Assembly (NCBI GenBank): GCA_046563655.1
Contig: CM102285.1
Coordinates: forward strand, 8,866,001 to 8,930,000
Source of the DNA: Yuukianura sp. NJ FZ-2021
Lineage: Eukaryota
Reading direction: 5' to 3'
Length of the DNA: 64,000 nt
Position numbers and translations under genes: made by a program. Below the pieces are notes generated by a model. That model searched no databases. It was given only the letters and a program-made list of their open reading frames with translations, and had not been told where the DNA came from. Positions 9,818 through 20,894 of this stretch are shown here, one piece after another (the first letter of the stretch is position 1; every line of letters begins with the position of its first letter).

Positions 9818-10615
9818 CAAAATTGATAGAAGATGAACCGAGTTCCCGTAAGGTTAATTAGTTGGTAGATTTCTTCCGAAGTGTCGTGTGGTGTGGAAAT
9901 GTTGTAGGGCAGAGCCCGTTTAGACGAGAGGTAAAATGAATTGAGCAAGTTGTTCAACCACTTGTTGGAAACTGACTCGAGAGCGTGTTGGGTCAAGCCG
10001 ATAAATAGTTGGTTGGAGATAGTCCACCCACCGTTCTTCCTCCTTCCAGAACCGTTCAGACTTCCCCAGTTTGAAGCCGTATCGAAGTGATAGCAGGACG
10101 CTTTGGTCTGGTCTTCCCCAGTAACAGGGCATGGACGATGTACCAATCTTCGCAGTAGTCAGACGTTGTCCCCATGGTCTTAGGCGTTTGACGTAACAAA
10201 GGCGCTGGAGCGCTGTTTACCATTTCAAGCTTCGTAAACAATTCTAAGCAAGCTGCTTCCAGTACCACCTTAGATGCTGACTCATTTGCGGAGATTCGAT
10301 TTCTGGAAATGACAGGAAAAATTCATGTTAAACTTTAGTTCTTTAGTGTATTGGCAAATGAGGTTCGATTATCGTTTACCTTCTTTTGTACACAGGAACA
10401 AAGTGGGTTGGTTTCTTCCATGTTGTCATTATTCTATAAAACCTGAGTAAACTGGGTTAGCAAAAATTTCCTAAAATCGTACTGAATGACCTGGCGAGAT
10501 TACAAGGATTTAGTACTTTGCCATTGTTTCGCAACTGGATTTGGTTCCTATTGTAAGAAGGGCATTGAAAGGATCCGGTTGTTCCCAGTTTTAAGCCAAA
10601 TCGTTTCAAAATCAT
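9818..10615 (-). other. Putative spliced 5' leader of ODC with multiple upstream ORFs (exons approx 10615+-10491, 10433-10380, 10302-9818)
   Basis: GT-AG introns of 57 and 77 nt, GTAAG donor at 9817, acceptor ending at 8733 just 5' of the ODC ATG. An Inr-like ATCAGT lies at 10721-10726 on the minus strand. The large exon is duplicated upstream of each ODC copy. Confidence 0.6.
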
Positions 10616-12035
10616 AAGCACTTTGAACTATTTTTAGAAAAGTTCGAAACCTTTTGAGACAAAAGTCATCTAAATCAAACCTATTATCAAGCATTTCGGT
10701 TACAAAGGTCAAGAGTTAGCACTGATTTAGGAACGCAAGCTTAACATAACCTTTCGGTTTCCTGGTAAAGCAGGGTCATCAGCATGCGGTTTTGCTATGT
10801 GAAATTTGTAGCAGATTCTGTTAAAAAAAACTGATTTGAAGCATGCCAAAAAGTCTGCTGAAACCACAAAGTAATTGACCTAGACCACATGAACACGAAA
10901 ACCCATGCTTGTTCATTCACCGCATTAGCACTTTAATGGTTGATCACGACGAAAAGTGTCGTTCAAATCCAATTTCAAATGTAATAGTTTGTCGCAAACT
11001 AGAATTTAGATTCAGCATGCCTCAAGAACCTGATTTTGGCATTATTCCAAGAAAGCAATGACTTAAACATGCAATTCCAGCAGTGATTAGCATAATGAAA
11101 TTGAATCAGCTCTGAAGCAGTTAGGTTAGGAACATAAGCCAGAATTGAATGAGACAAGAAAAACTTAAATATGAGGCCTTATGACGTGCTTGCCCTATAA
11201 AAATAAGGCCATTCGGTAAACATTTAAGCCACTTCAGATAAATCCAGAGTGCGTTTTGGACAAAAAGGACTTTAAACAACTAATCTGTGTTCTCAGGCGT
11301 CTTTTGCTATTGACTTGACCTCCTCAAATCTGAGAATGATCTTAGCACAAACTGGGATTTCAATTTCAACACCAAACTCAGGATAACGTTAACAACCCAA
11401 AGTCATCAGTCCAACTTTTCTTAACAAAGATTGTATTCCGGGTACCTAAAACAAAACTTTTTTAAACAACTTTTTTTGGAATGTGATTGCGGGGTTTATG
11501 ACCGCGTTGGGACAAGCCAAACAATATTAGAACAAGAGAACATAAAATGCATGTCAAACACGCTTAGGTTTAGGATGTCATTAACTTCTGAGAGTCTAGA
11601 GCGGGCTGACACTGCTTTCATCCAGTTTGAAGCGGATTCAAAGCAGATTTCAGCTTTAACGGTCATTCGTTGACGAGATGGCTTACTTTCTAGCGTATCA
11701 AATTCCACAAGCTCTCTGAAACTGACAAGCAAAGAATGAAATAGTAAAGGAAAGCAATGCTGGATGGAGGAAACTGGCAAATTGTTTCCGACAAGCGATT
11801 AATTTATTGTGTTTTAACGTAGACTCTAGCAGAAAGTAAACAATAATAAACTACTCCTCGGATTAACAAGAAATAAGCGAAGAATTTCTTGGGTCTTTCA
11901 CAGACACGCAGTTGACTATTTCAGCGCAAAAAGTTGGTTTAGTGTAAGAGCGATTATTAAATATGAAACATCGGTACGTTACGATTTTTGGTGGTAGGGC
12001 AGCCTTTCTTTGTAATTTCCAAGTGACATCCGAAT

Positions 12036-13770
12036 TTAGGGATTGAGTTCAGGAATGAGGGAAGTGACGAAGGTCATCACAAAAGTTCGAGCAATGTCAA
12101 GAAACGTTTGTTGTTGTTGAACTTGAGCTGGAATCAATTCATCCGCTGGAGAGGGCGCATCTCCTTCGCTGGCCACCGCTTCACCTTCCCCATCAACAAC
12201 TGGAGCTTCTTCAGGGACATCCTGAACAGGGTTGTCTATGTCTTGGTCTTCTCTCTGTTGGTTGTCGTTTGCTTGCCTAAATACGGGTTAAAGAGAGTAT
12301 ATTCATGAACAATCTGTAAAATCATCTCAATATTTTTGTAAATATCAGCAAGGGAGTACCGTTGCGGTTGAGCAGGCTGCGGAGCAACTTGCTGCTGCTG
12401 AAGCGCGTTTAAGAATCTAGGACGGCGCTGGGCACTGCAAAAATGATTCACGGATTAAGTTCATTTAAAAGACCAGTTTCTTCAAGCGCTGGAAACTTAC
12501 AACATGACCAATGCGGTAAACAGGAGTACAAGTAAAAACCGGGTAAAGTTGGAATAGAAATACACGACACTCAGGATTAGAATGAGGCGGCTTGCAGTAT
12601 AAATCCAGTCCAAAATATCTCTCTGCGGTTCATCGTCGTCTTGTGCTTGTGCCCTGGCAACTGCTGGTGGTTGGACAGGAGGATCGTCTCTAGGAGCTAC
12701 TTATGAAGAAAAATAATGATTTCTAACTTAACTGATCTCTGCATCTCACATTGTCATATTTTACAACAAAGTTAGGCAACAAAGCATGTCACTAAGCGAG
12801 TGACCTTACCGGGCTCCTGCTGAAACATAGGTTGTTGTGGTTGATTCATCGGAGGTGGAATTGGCATCTGAGGCGCTTGATTCATGTGAGGTGGCATTAA
12901 CTGCTCCGATGGGACACGAAGGCCTTGCATCATTGGAGGCATAGGGGAAGGCATCCATACTGGAGCCAAATTCCCTTGATTCCTACAAAGTCGTATCCTC
13001 GTATCGTAAGTTTTAACTTAATGGAATCGGTTTATTTTGCTAATAAAAACTAACCACTGGCTCATGAAGTTCATCATTTGTTCAACATACAGCTGGTGCA
13101 TTGCCAACATGTCTTGGGGAATTCCAGCTGGTAAAACACCCTGTGGTGGCTGGTTAATAGGTTCTCGCGGAGCATAGTCCGCATCACCAGTTCCAGCTTG
13201 GTCTTTCTTGGGCTTACTTGCGTCCTCTGACAGGCTGAAATATGTAACACAACTTATATTCAATCTAGATTAGGATTCATATCAGACGAACGTGACAAAG
13301 TACACTTACTTATTCGTATTCGTTTTCCTCAAAAATGTCGAGTTACAAGCTAAATGAAATGTGTAGCCACCGGAAACTGATACTTGACCTCCTTGGGCGA
13401 AAACTTCACGCAGAAGCTGATCATCTTCTAATAAATGTCCAGCGTAAATGATTCTCTGTTCCTTGATTTCCTGAAACAAATAAAATTAAAATTGAACTCA
13501 AAATACTTCGTCTAGTTAAACCATATCACCATATGCCACTGACAGACATACCAAATATGTCAAACGTTTGCGAAACGTGTCCGACATATGTGTAGTTGGA
13601 CTAGTGGTATTAGTGAAACATAAACTTACTGGATGCAAAGGGTATTGATCCTTGATAATTTCTTTCACATTCTTAACGCTTGAACCCAGTGGACACGAAA
13701 TCTCCAAGTCTTCACATCGGTGACTGGCCGATTTGACTCGAATCTTGACAATGTCACCGGAACCTTCCAT
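12036..13770 (-). CDS. HERPUD: Homocysteine-responsive ER-resident ubiquitin-like domain protein (Herp)
   Basis: N-terminal UBL (VKSASHRCEDLEISCPLGSSVKNVKEIIKDQYPLHP..QRIIYAGHLLED), P/Q/M-rich middle, RDILDWIYTASRLILILSVVYFYSNFTRF membrane region, C-terminal TFVMTFVTSLIPELNP* typical of HERPUD1/2. Confidence 0.92.
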
Positions 13771-14028
13771 TTTTTTATGCTGTCTCCTGTCTCGTCACTC
13801 GTCAGTTCCTACTACTTGTTGTTTAGTACACTTTCCTAGGTACTGCGTGTTAGACAAACTACAAAACCAATGAATAACTGTTTTCAAGCAAAAGACCAAA
13901 AAGTAGAAACTTGACAGTAGTGGCCGAGTCTGCTACAGCTGTTCCTAATAATTTAGTGTACTCGGATCGTCGGATCGAAGGAATTTTTATATCTAAAAAA
14001 TCCCTGATGAAACTGAAAGTTAGTAAAA

Positions 14029-14038
14029 GTGACGTCAC
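14029..14038. promoter_or_regulatory. CRE/ATF palindrome GTGACGTCAC upstream of HERPUD (an XBP1/UPRE-like TGCCACGT also lies at 14324-14331)
   Basis: Exact motif about 260 bp upstream of the HERPUD ATG. HERPUD is a known unfolded-protein-response target; function of this site is inferred. Confidence 0.45.
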
Positions 14039-14405
14039 AATAGGCGTAATCGTAAATAAGAGGACGACCTTGATCTCTCTTCCTCCTTTTAAAAACACCA
14101 CCCGGCCAAGCTTTGCTTAATCCACTCCCGCTCCAATGATCTTAGGAATTAAAATCAAAGCAGAATTCTATTAACGCCTTTTGCATATTGGGCTAAGATA
14201 ATAGTGAAAAATTAACTCAAAACGCGTAATTAATTAAGCATACACCCACATTAAGCATAAGAGAAGACATAAACATAAAGTAACATAACCCTATGCAACA
14301 TCGCGCGCGCACCTGTAGTTAAATGCCACGTAGGGTTACACGAGAAGAATGCCACTTTTACCAAAGTACGCAATGAGCGGCATCCGAAAGTTAAATTTGT
14401 AGTTA

Positions 14406-15316
14406 GTATTTTCCCAAATAATACACCCGGTGTACTAATTTTGTTTTCGACTTCTGGGGGTGGTGTACTATTAGGGACCTGGTGTACTATTAGGGACGGT
14501 GTATTAATTCTTTTTTCCAAACAGCATATAATTTTTTTTACTAACCTCTCATTGAAATTACGCAAGAAATATTCGAATTTTGCTTGCAAAAATTTAAAAA
14601 AAGCCTCTACATGATGTGTATTTTGTAGAATTACTTGTGTAGGAACAAGATAGAAAGAACATTACTGTTTTTTCTATTGTATTTAATCAGTGTTGGTGCA
14701 TATCCACTTTTTGAGCATTTCGTCCAGGATATATCCACTGGATAAATGGATAAATCCGGATGAAATCCAGTTTCAGATGGACGAAATTGAGTTTCGTCCG
14801 GAAGAAACCAAGAAAATCCGGATATATCCATCACTTTTATCGAAGTGGAAGAAGTATTTTATCCATCCACCAACACTGTATTTAATTAAATATAGCTAAA
14901 CTTTTCCAGTAGGCATATACTCAGAGTTGCTGGAAATCCACTTTTTCGATATTTCGTCAATCGGTGCGCATATCAAGAGACGGTTTAAAATGCAAATAAA
15001 TTATTTTATAATAGTTAACTTAAATTTATTTGAACTCCGCTGAATTTTTAATTTGTTGCATTCACCGTCCACTACAACCCCATTTATTCAACTGGATATC
15101 CAGTGGATGGATTAAGGCACTGGATGTTTAAGCATACAGCAATACTGGGCATACTCCTTGGGTGTATTACCAAAGACCAAATACCCGGTGTACTATTGGA
15201 GACCCGGTGTACTATTTGGGACGGTGTACTAATTAATTTTTGGGGCCGCGACCCCGGTGTACTATTAGGGACCCGGTGTACTATTAAAGTACGGTGTACT
15301 ATTAGGGAAAATACGG
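14406..15316. mobile_element. Tc2/pogo-like non-autonomous DNA transposon (Tc1/mariner superfamily)
   Basis: Left end TA|GTATTTTCCCAAATAATACACC and right end GGTGTACTATTAGGGAAAATACGG|TA are inverted repeats. Subterminal arrays of GGTGTACTATTAGGGAC-like units lie at 14429-14506 and 15161-15310. CCGTA ends with TA duplication are typical of Tc2-type elements. Confidence 0.75.
14688..14878. mobile_element. hAT-superfamily MITE nested in the Tc2-like element
   Basis: TIRs CAGTGTTGGTG / CACCAACACTG flanked by an exact 8-bp target-site duplication TATTTAAT (14680-14687 and 14879-14886); internal GGAT/ATCC-rich subterminal motifs. Confidence 0.9.
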
Positions 15317-16056
15317 TAATTTAACAGCTTATACGAGGTTAAGAACCATAAAATTTTAAACATTCAATTTACGTCAACAAATCTAAAATTTGAATCGTAA
15401 TATTAATTGAGCGATTTGCTATTATTGTAGCAGCTTCAGAGAATGACATAAAACAGATGGGTGAATTTAGTTGTCATTTTTAAGTATTCCCGTAACAAAA
15501 TGGGTTAACATGAGTTTGAAGTAGAACAACTAACCAATAGTAGTTAGTTTTAAACACATGCAATGCAGAAAAATTGTTAAAAAATTAAGGAATTCAATTA
15601 GCTGCCGATCCGTGAGCGAAGGTGGGGAAGGGTGTGTTTCATGATGCGAAGGGCGGAAGATATCCCGCTTTTTCTTCCCCGAGACGCCCTCCACTTTTGT
15701 TTTCTTTGCCCGCCACTCTCCTACACAAATTAATTGTGCCTTTGAAGATTGAGCAGATGAGCGGGCAGTGGATACTGGTGGAACAGACGGTAAGGGCAAA
15801 TTCCGTTCTTAATTGTTTGTTTATTAAATCCACATTGTTTTTAAGTTCTACTTGTACTGTGTTATCTGAAGGAAAAAGTCACTGAATAATATTTTGAGTG
15901 GTTTGGCGAAGAAATAAGGTACGACTTACATATTACAGAATAATCTTTCCGAAATATGTCTAACTTTTCTAGCTTCTATTTTCCACTGCGTAAATGGTCA
16001 ATACAAAACGTTGTTATTCTTTTAGTAACCTCATTGGGAAGCAGGGATCGGGCAAG

Positions 16057-19000
16057 ATGATAATGCTAACAGAAGAGGAAGAACAAGTGTACGATCGCTA
16101 CCAAGAACTTTGCGGCGATCTGAACCTTGATTCACAGACGAAGGAAGAGACTTGGAAAACATATTATGGTGTCAAACAAATGTATACCTTGGAGGTAAGC
16201 CAAACAAATCGATTGGGTATTACCTTTGTTTGTTTAATTGTCTTGTTTTAATAAGGTTGAGTTGTGATTGACTAGTTTTAAACTCTATGTACTTCTAGGG
16301 CGATCAGGCACATTGGCTTTGTTGTGCAGTATACGTGGCTTGTCGGCAAGCAAATGTTCCGTCAATTGGTTCTCCGACAATGCACGGAAACTATGTGAAC
16401 CTGACTAGGCTTCTTCGAACATGTCACCTAAGGTATTTTAGTTTGCGTTGAAAGTACAAAAATATTGGGCTTACCCAGATTTTTTTTTATTTACTAGCCT
16501 AGTGGATTTTTTCGACAAGAGCCGAAAGTGGGGAGACATGACCAACTTGAAGCAGGAGTACCGCAATAAGATTGAACGATTGGAAAGGAACTTCGCGGTA
16601 ACAACTGTCATATTTAAAAAGTTCGATCCAATCTTTGCTGGAATTTTCAAGGATTTCACACGACGTGATGCAGATTTGAAAGCGAATCGTAAAAAGTGAG
16701 ATTCGGAATTTGTAACATTCAAGAATGGCAGTTTAGAGGTTATAATATTTGTGACTTTGATTTACATTTATTAGACTTTCGTTTCGCTCCGCTGCAGACC
16801 TTTTCGATTATTGCTGGACTTTATTCCTTTGTGTGAAGAGCTCTTTGCGCATAAGCGATGATTTAGTGAATTCTTACCACTTGCTTTTGGCTTGCGTCGA
16901 CTTGATTTTTCATAATGTGGTTCAAGCCGGGAACAAGAACATGCTCACACAACAGTTTGCTGGTAACAGTTTACTTGTAACTTCAGTTTGTAACCTTTCA
17001 CTTCAGTAATAAGATGCATCGTCGTGTTTACACAATTCATAGTTTAACTTAGTTTTACCTTATGTTATTAGATCTCGCGGATGGAATTGGTTATGATTCT
17101 CGTGGAGATCCGAGCTGCATTATTCATTCGCTTTGCGACTTATACGATGGAATTTCTGTTGAAGCGAAGACAATCAAAGAATTTTGGCTGAAACCTAAAA
17201 TTAAGAACATGATAGAGCAGGGCGTAAGTGATTACCTTGCTCTGATATTTTTTTTTACCACAGAAATGTATTCCGTTCTCGTTTTTGATTTTCGTTGATT
17301 TTACAGGTTTTGAGAGGAGAAGCAGAAACTTTGAGCGGACTCATTGACGAAGAATCGTACGAGCACAACTATCGTCGTATGGAGAAGGAGTATGAAGAAT
17401 ATGTTTTGACAGAGGGTGACTTTGACGAGCGAATGTACTTGTCCTCCGAGCGCCAAGCTGACTTTGGAATGGATTCGGCAAATTATGAAGAGTACTTGAA
17501 GGCTCTAGAGAAACAACCAGCCATTAAAACGTTGACACCAGTCCAGGAATTGCGCCATCTCCTGCCTCAAACGCCACTCTCATGTAAACGTTTCGAGAAA
17601 GAAGATTTCTTCAATTCTCCGATTTCATCTGCCACTCAGTCTGTGAGTCGCCTTCAAGCAATTCTCTGCGGAAGAAACACTGAACCTTCAGATCAGCTCA
17701 GAGTCCTTTTGAGTTCATGTGCTCGTAATCCACTCGAAGGGATGATGGAGCGTGTCAAAGCACTCTCCGCCGTCTTCGTTGCAAAGTATACGACAAAGAA
17801 CGACAATCAACCTGGATTTCATGCCGAATTTGTCAAATTCCGTAGTCAGCTTGGACAAACACTGTTCTATCGCCTCCTCGAAAGTGTTCTTACCGTTGAG
17901 AAGAAACGAGAAAACAAATTGGATTTTTCGGTAAGGCTTCCAGTTCCAATCTACTTTTTTTGATTCACTCGAAAATTTCATTGCACTTGAAGTTAATATT
18001 TTTTTGGTTTCAGGATTTGATGGCAGATGAAAACTTTCAGACGAGTCTGTTTGCCTTATCCCTGGAAATTGTTCTTTATTCTTACAAGTCACAAAAACGC
18101 TTTCCATGGGTTCTCGATGCCTTCAACCTGGACGCTTACCATTTTTACAAAGTGATTGAACTCGTGATTCGTTCAGAAGAGAATCTCTGCCGAGATGTGG
18201 TGAAGCACTTGAGCCAAGTCGAGGAGAAAGTCCTGGAAGAATTAGTTTGGAAGGAAGATTGCCCAATATGGACCGTCATTGCCGAAAAGAACGATCCAAT
18301 TCCTTCCTGTGAAGAAGTTTTTCTTCCGTCTCAGATTGACAAGCAAGGAGAGGGCGGGGAAAGTCAACCGAAGAGATACGCGGTTATCAAAAGTAAGTTT
18401 TCCACCATAAAACCTGTTAATTGATCTCTAGCAGTGCAGCAGTACCTCATTGTATGTTTTCACTTTCAGCGCCTGCTGGTGAGAAATGCGTCCCTGTTGC
18501 AGTCGGTGGAACCAATCAGTCAACCTTGATTATCCAAGACAAAACTAGCTCACAGATCCTTGGAGTTGTTCTTCCCTCTAAACATGGAGACAAGCCGAAG
18601 AAGGGCAATTCAATTGCTCTTTTTTTCCGGAAGTTTTATCACTTGACGTTCATTCGACTTCAAGATCTCTGTAAGAGCTTGGGCGTTGAAGAGGAGCTGT
18701 TGCGAAAAATCTGGACATGCTGTCAGGAAGCCATCGTCCACCACGTTGAGGATCTCATGAAGGGTCGACACTTGGATCAGATTATAATGTGCTGTGTTTA
18801 CGTGGTTTCGAAGGTATGAAATAGAAATAGAGTCAAGTTTGTGCTTATGAGATTTTTTGTACTTACTCGTTAAATTAAACTTGTAGGTTGTTGGAGCAGA
18901 GAAGACATTTACGGATATCATGCGCTGTTACCGAATGCAACCTCAGTCCGCATCTCATGTCTACCGAAACGTAATGCTGACGAACCCAGAAGAACGTGGA

Positions 19001-19641
19001 GATCTCATCAAGTTTTACAACACGATTTTTATTGGTCGAATGCAAAAATATGCCCTTCGCTTTTCAAATAAGTCGGTAAGGTAGACATTTTCTTCGTAGA
19101 CATTCTGTAAATACTTTCCGTAAAATGTTTTGATGCTGAGTTTCACTTTTGAACTTGCAGGATGATAACAACGTTGTGCCATTGTCACCAGTACCAAATC
19201 TGAAGGCAACTCCACTCTCTCCGTGTCGAAAAATGTCATCACGCCACTCCGTATTCCTCAGGCCACTTCGTGGAATCAAAACACCTTCACCTTCCAAGCA
19301 GCTTCTGTACCAGTTCAGTCGAAGTCCAAACAACACCCTCAAAGCAATTAATGCAATGGTGCAAGTCGCAGATACAAAGTAAGGATATTAAACTTCATAG
19401 CGTGTAGCACCACATCTACCTTAATCTTATTGTATTCAATTCGGCGATTTCACGAGTAGTTTACTTTTTTATTTTCAGACCGAAGGCCGTGAAGCGTCTT
19501 CTAGCAGAAGACTTTACAGCCATGTCAGCTTCTGTTGATGCTGGCGACGCCCCTCCTGTCAAAGTATTTGCAAGTACTAAATTCCAGGATTTCGGGGAAG
19601 GACACGATCAATCAAACATGGACGGGGACGCTATGGATTAA
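16057..19641 (+). CDS. RBL1: Retinoblastoma-family pocket protein (p107/p130/Rbf type)
   Basis: LCGDLNLD...YTLEGDQAHWL; RLERNFAVTTVIFKKF; EEYVLTEGDFDER; pocket A (FYKVIELVIRSE...DVVKHLSQVEEKVLE); pocket B (LFFRKFYHL...LMKGRHLDQIIMCCVYVVSKV, GDLIKFYNTIF); C-terminal KRLL motif; stop at 19639-19641. Confidence 0.95.
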
Positions 19642-20011
19642 ACTAGACATATAACTTGTAATTTTTTTTAGAACTCACCTATAGCCCAATTTAGTAATTG
19701 TGCAGATTAACTTTAAAAATGTGTTACATTGTAAATATTAATTAATGTTTTAATTTCATATTGATTGACCAGTACTAGTTTCCCGGTCCTCATCCCTCAG
19801 TTCAAAAGTAAGTTCTAAATAAAGCAAGTTGCAATTTGTACTGTGTTTGGTTTAATAAATTCTCTAAGTTCTTACTACGTTGAGTTTTCATTGTAAGTAG
19901 AGTAGTAATGGAATGTGTACGATGATGAGCATTTTGGATGGATTCTCCGACCAACAAACAGTCGAAAGTCGTTTTAGTCGAAGGTATGAAATGGTTAGTT
20001 AACTAGTAAGG

Positions 20012-20894
20012 TTAACCAGTTCCGCAGAAATAGCTGTCAACGTTAATTGTTACGGACTCAAAAGTCGTTTTGGGAATTGACTCAATCTCTGGTGACTTTC
20101 TCTATAGGAAATCACATGAAACATCAAATTACATCCCAAACAATTGATGCATGAACTGAACAGTTAAACTTACGAAGTAATTGAGGACAGAGCGGAGTGA
20201 CGACGAATTCCCAGCAAAGGCATGTTCGGCTTGAATAATTTGTGCTTCTTGTTTGTCTAAGGTGACTTTAATAGCTTGCATTAACTCTTCCAAAGTATCA
20301 ATTCTTCGTTTGACATCAGTGACATGCTCGAGAGCGACATGGATGATTTCAGGAAGGGTTTTTTCGATCCAGTCATTCGTCTCTGCTTCAGTCTGAAACA
20401 ATAATAAAACATGAAATGAATCTGCAAATTCCTGAGAATCTTATACAAACGCTCGAGGTAACGAACGCTGAAAGTCTATGCTGAAAGCGTATCTGTGGCA
20501 CAGCACACATCGACTTCGACACATATAATACCAACGGTTAACCTCTTAAGACGTTTATCAGAAATTCTTCTACCTTATTACTAGGTTTTTGGAAATTATG
20601 AATGGGTTTACCAATTACCATGTCAAAAAGACTTGAAAGCTCGTCCAGTTTAGCGGCCGATTCTTCTAAGAATTCTTGTAGTTTTGATATCTGTCAAATC
20701 AGAACATGAGAGGTTGAATTAATGAGAATTGAAGTCATATATCGTAACAGAGAGTAACAATAAAATAAAGTCATTCATACCGAAGGATAAAGGTCCACTT
20801 TGAAGAACGTTGAGTAATCATAGGCCAGTTTCTGCAGCATCCTATGAGTGGCATCCGGATCCGGCGACGGCGAGCTCTCCAAGTCCAAGCTCAT
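20012..20894 (-). CDS. BLOC1S4: BLOC-1 subunit 4 (cappuccino/Blos4)-like protein, 4 exons
   Basis: Spliced frame MSLDLESSP...KLAYDYSTFFKVDL...LDELSSLFDM...KRRIDTLEELMQAIKVTLDKQEAQIIQAE...FESVTINVDSYFCGTG*. The coiled-coil pattern and C-terminal motif resemble Blos4 as recalled, not searched. Confidence 0.75.

Noticed and set aside
9818..10615. Leader ORFs as an ornithine decarboxylase antizyme gene or an AZIN-type uCC
   Set aside because: No UCC-UGA site, no antizyme domain motifs (GSKE...LLEFAEE, FxFLGF), and no PPW or PS-stop motif found.
15161..15310. Short direct repeats resembling a CRISPR array
   Set aside because: Eukaryotic context, no unique spacers of regular length, no cas genes; explained as transposon subterminal repeats.
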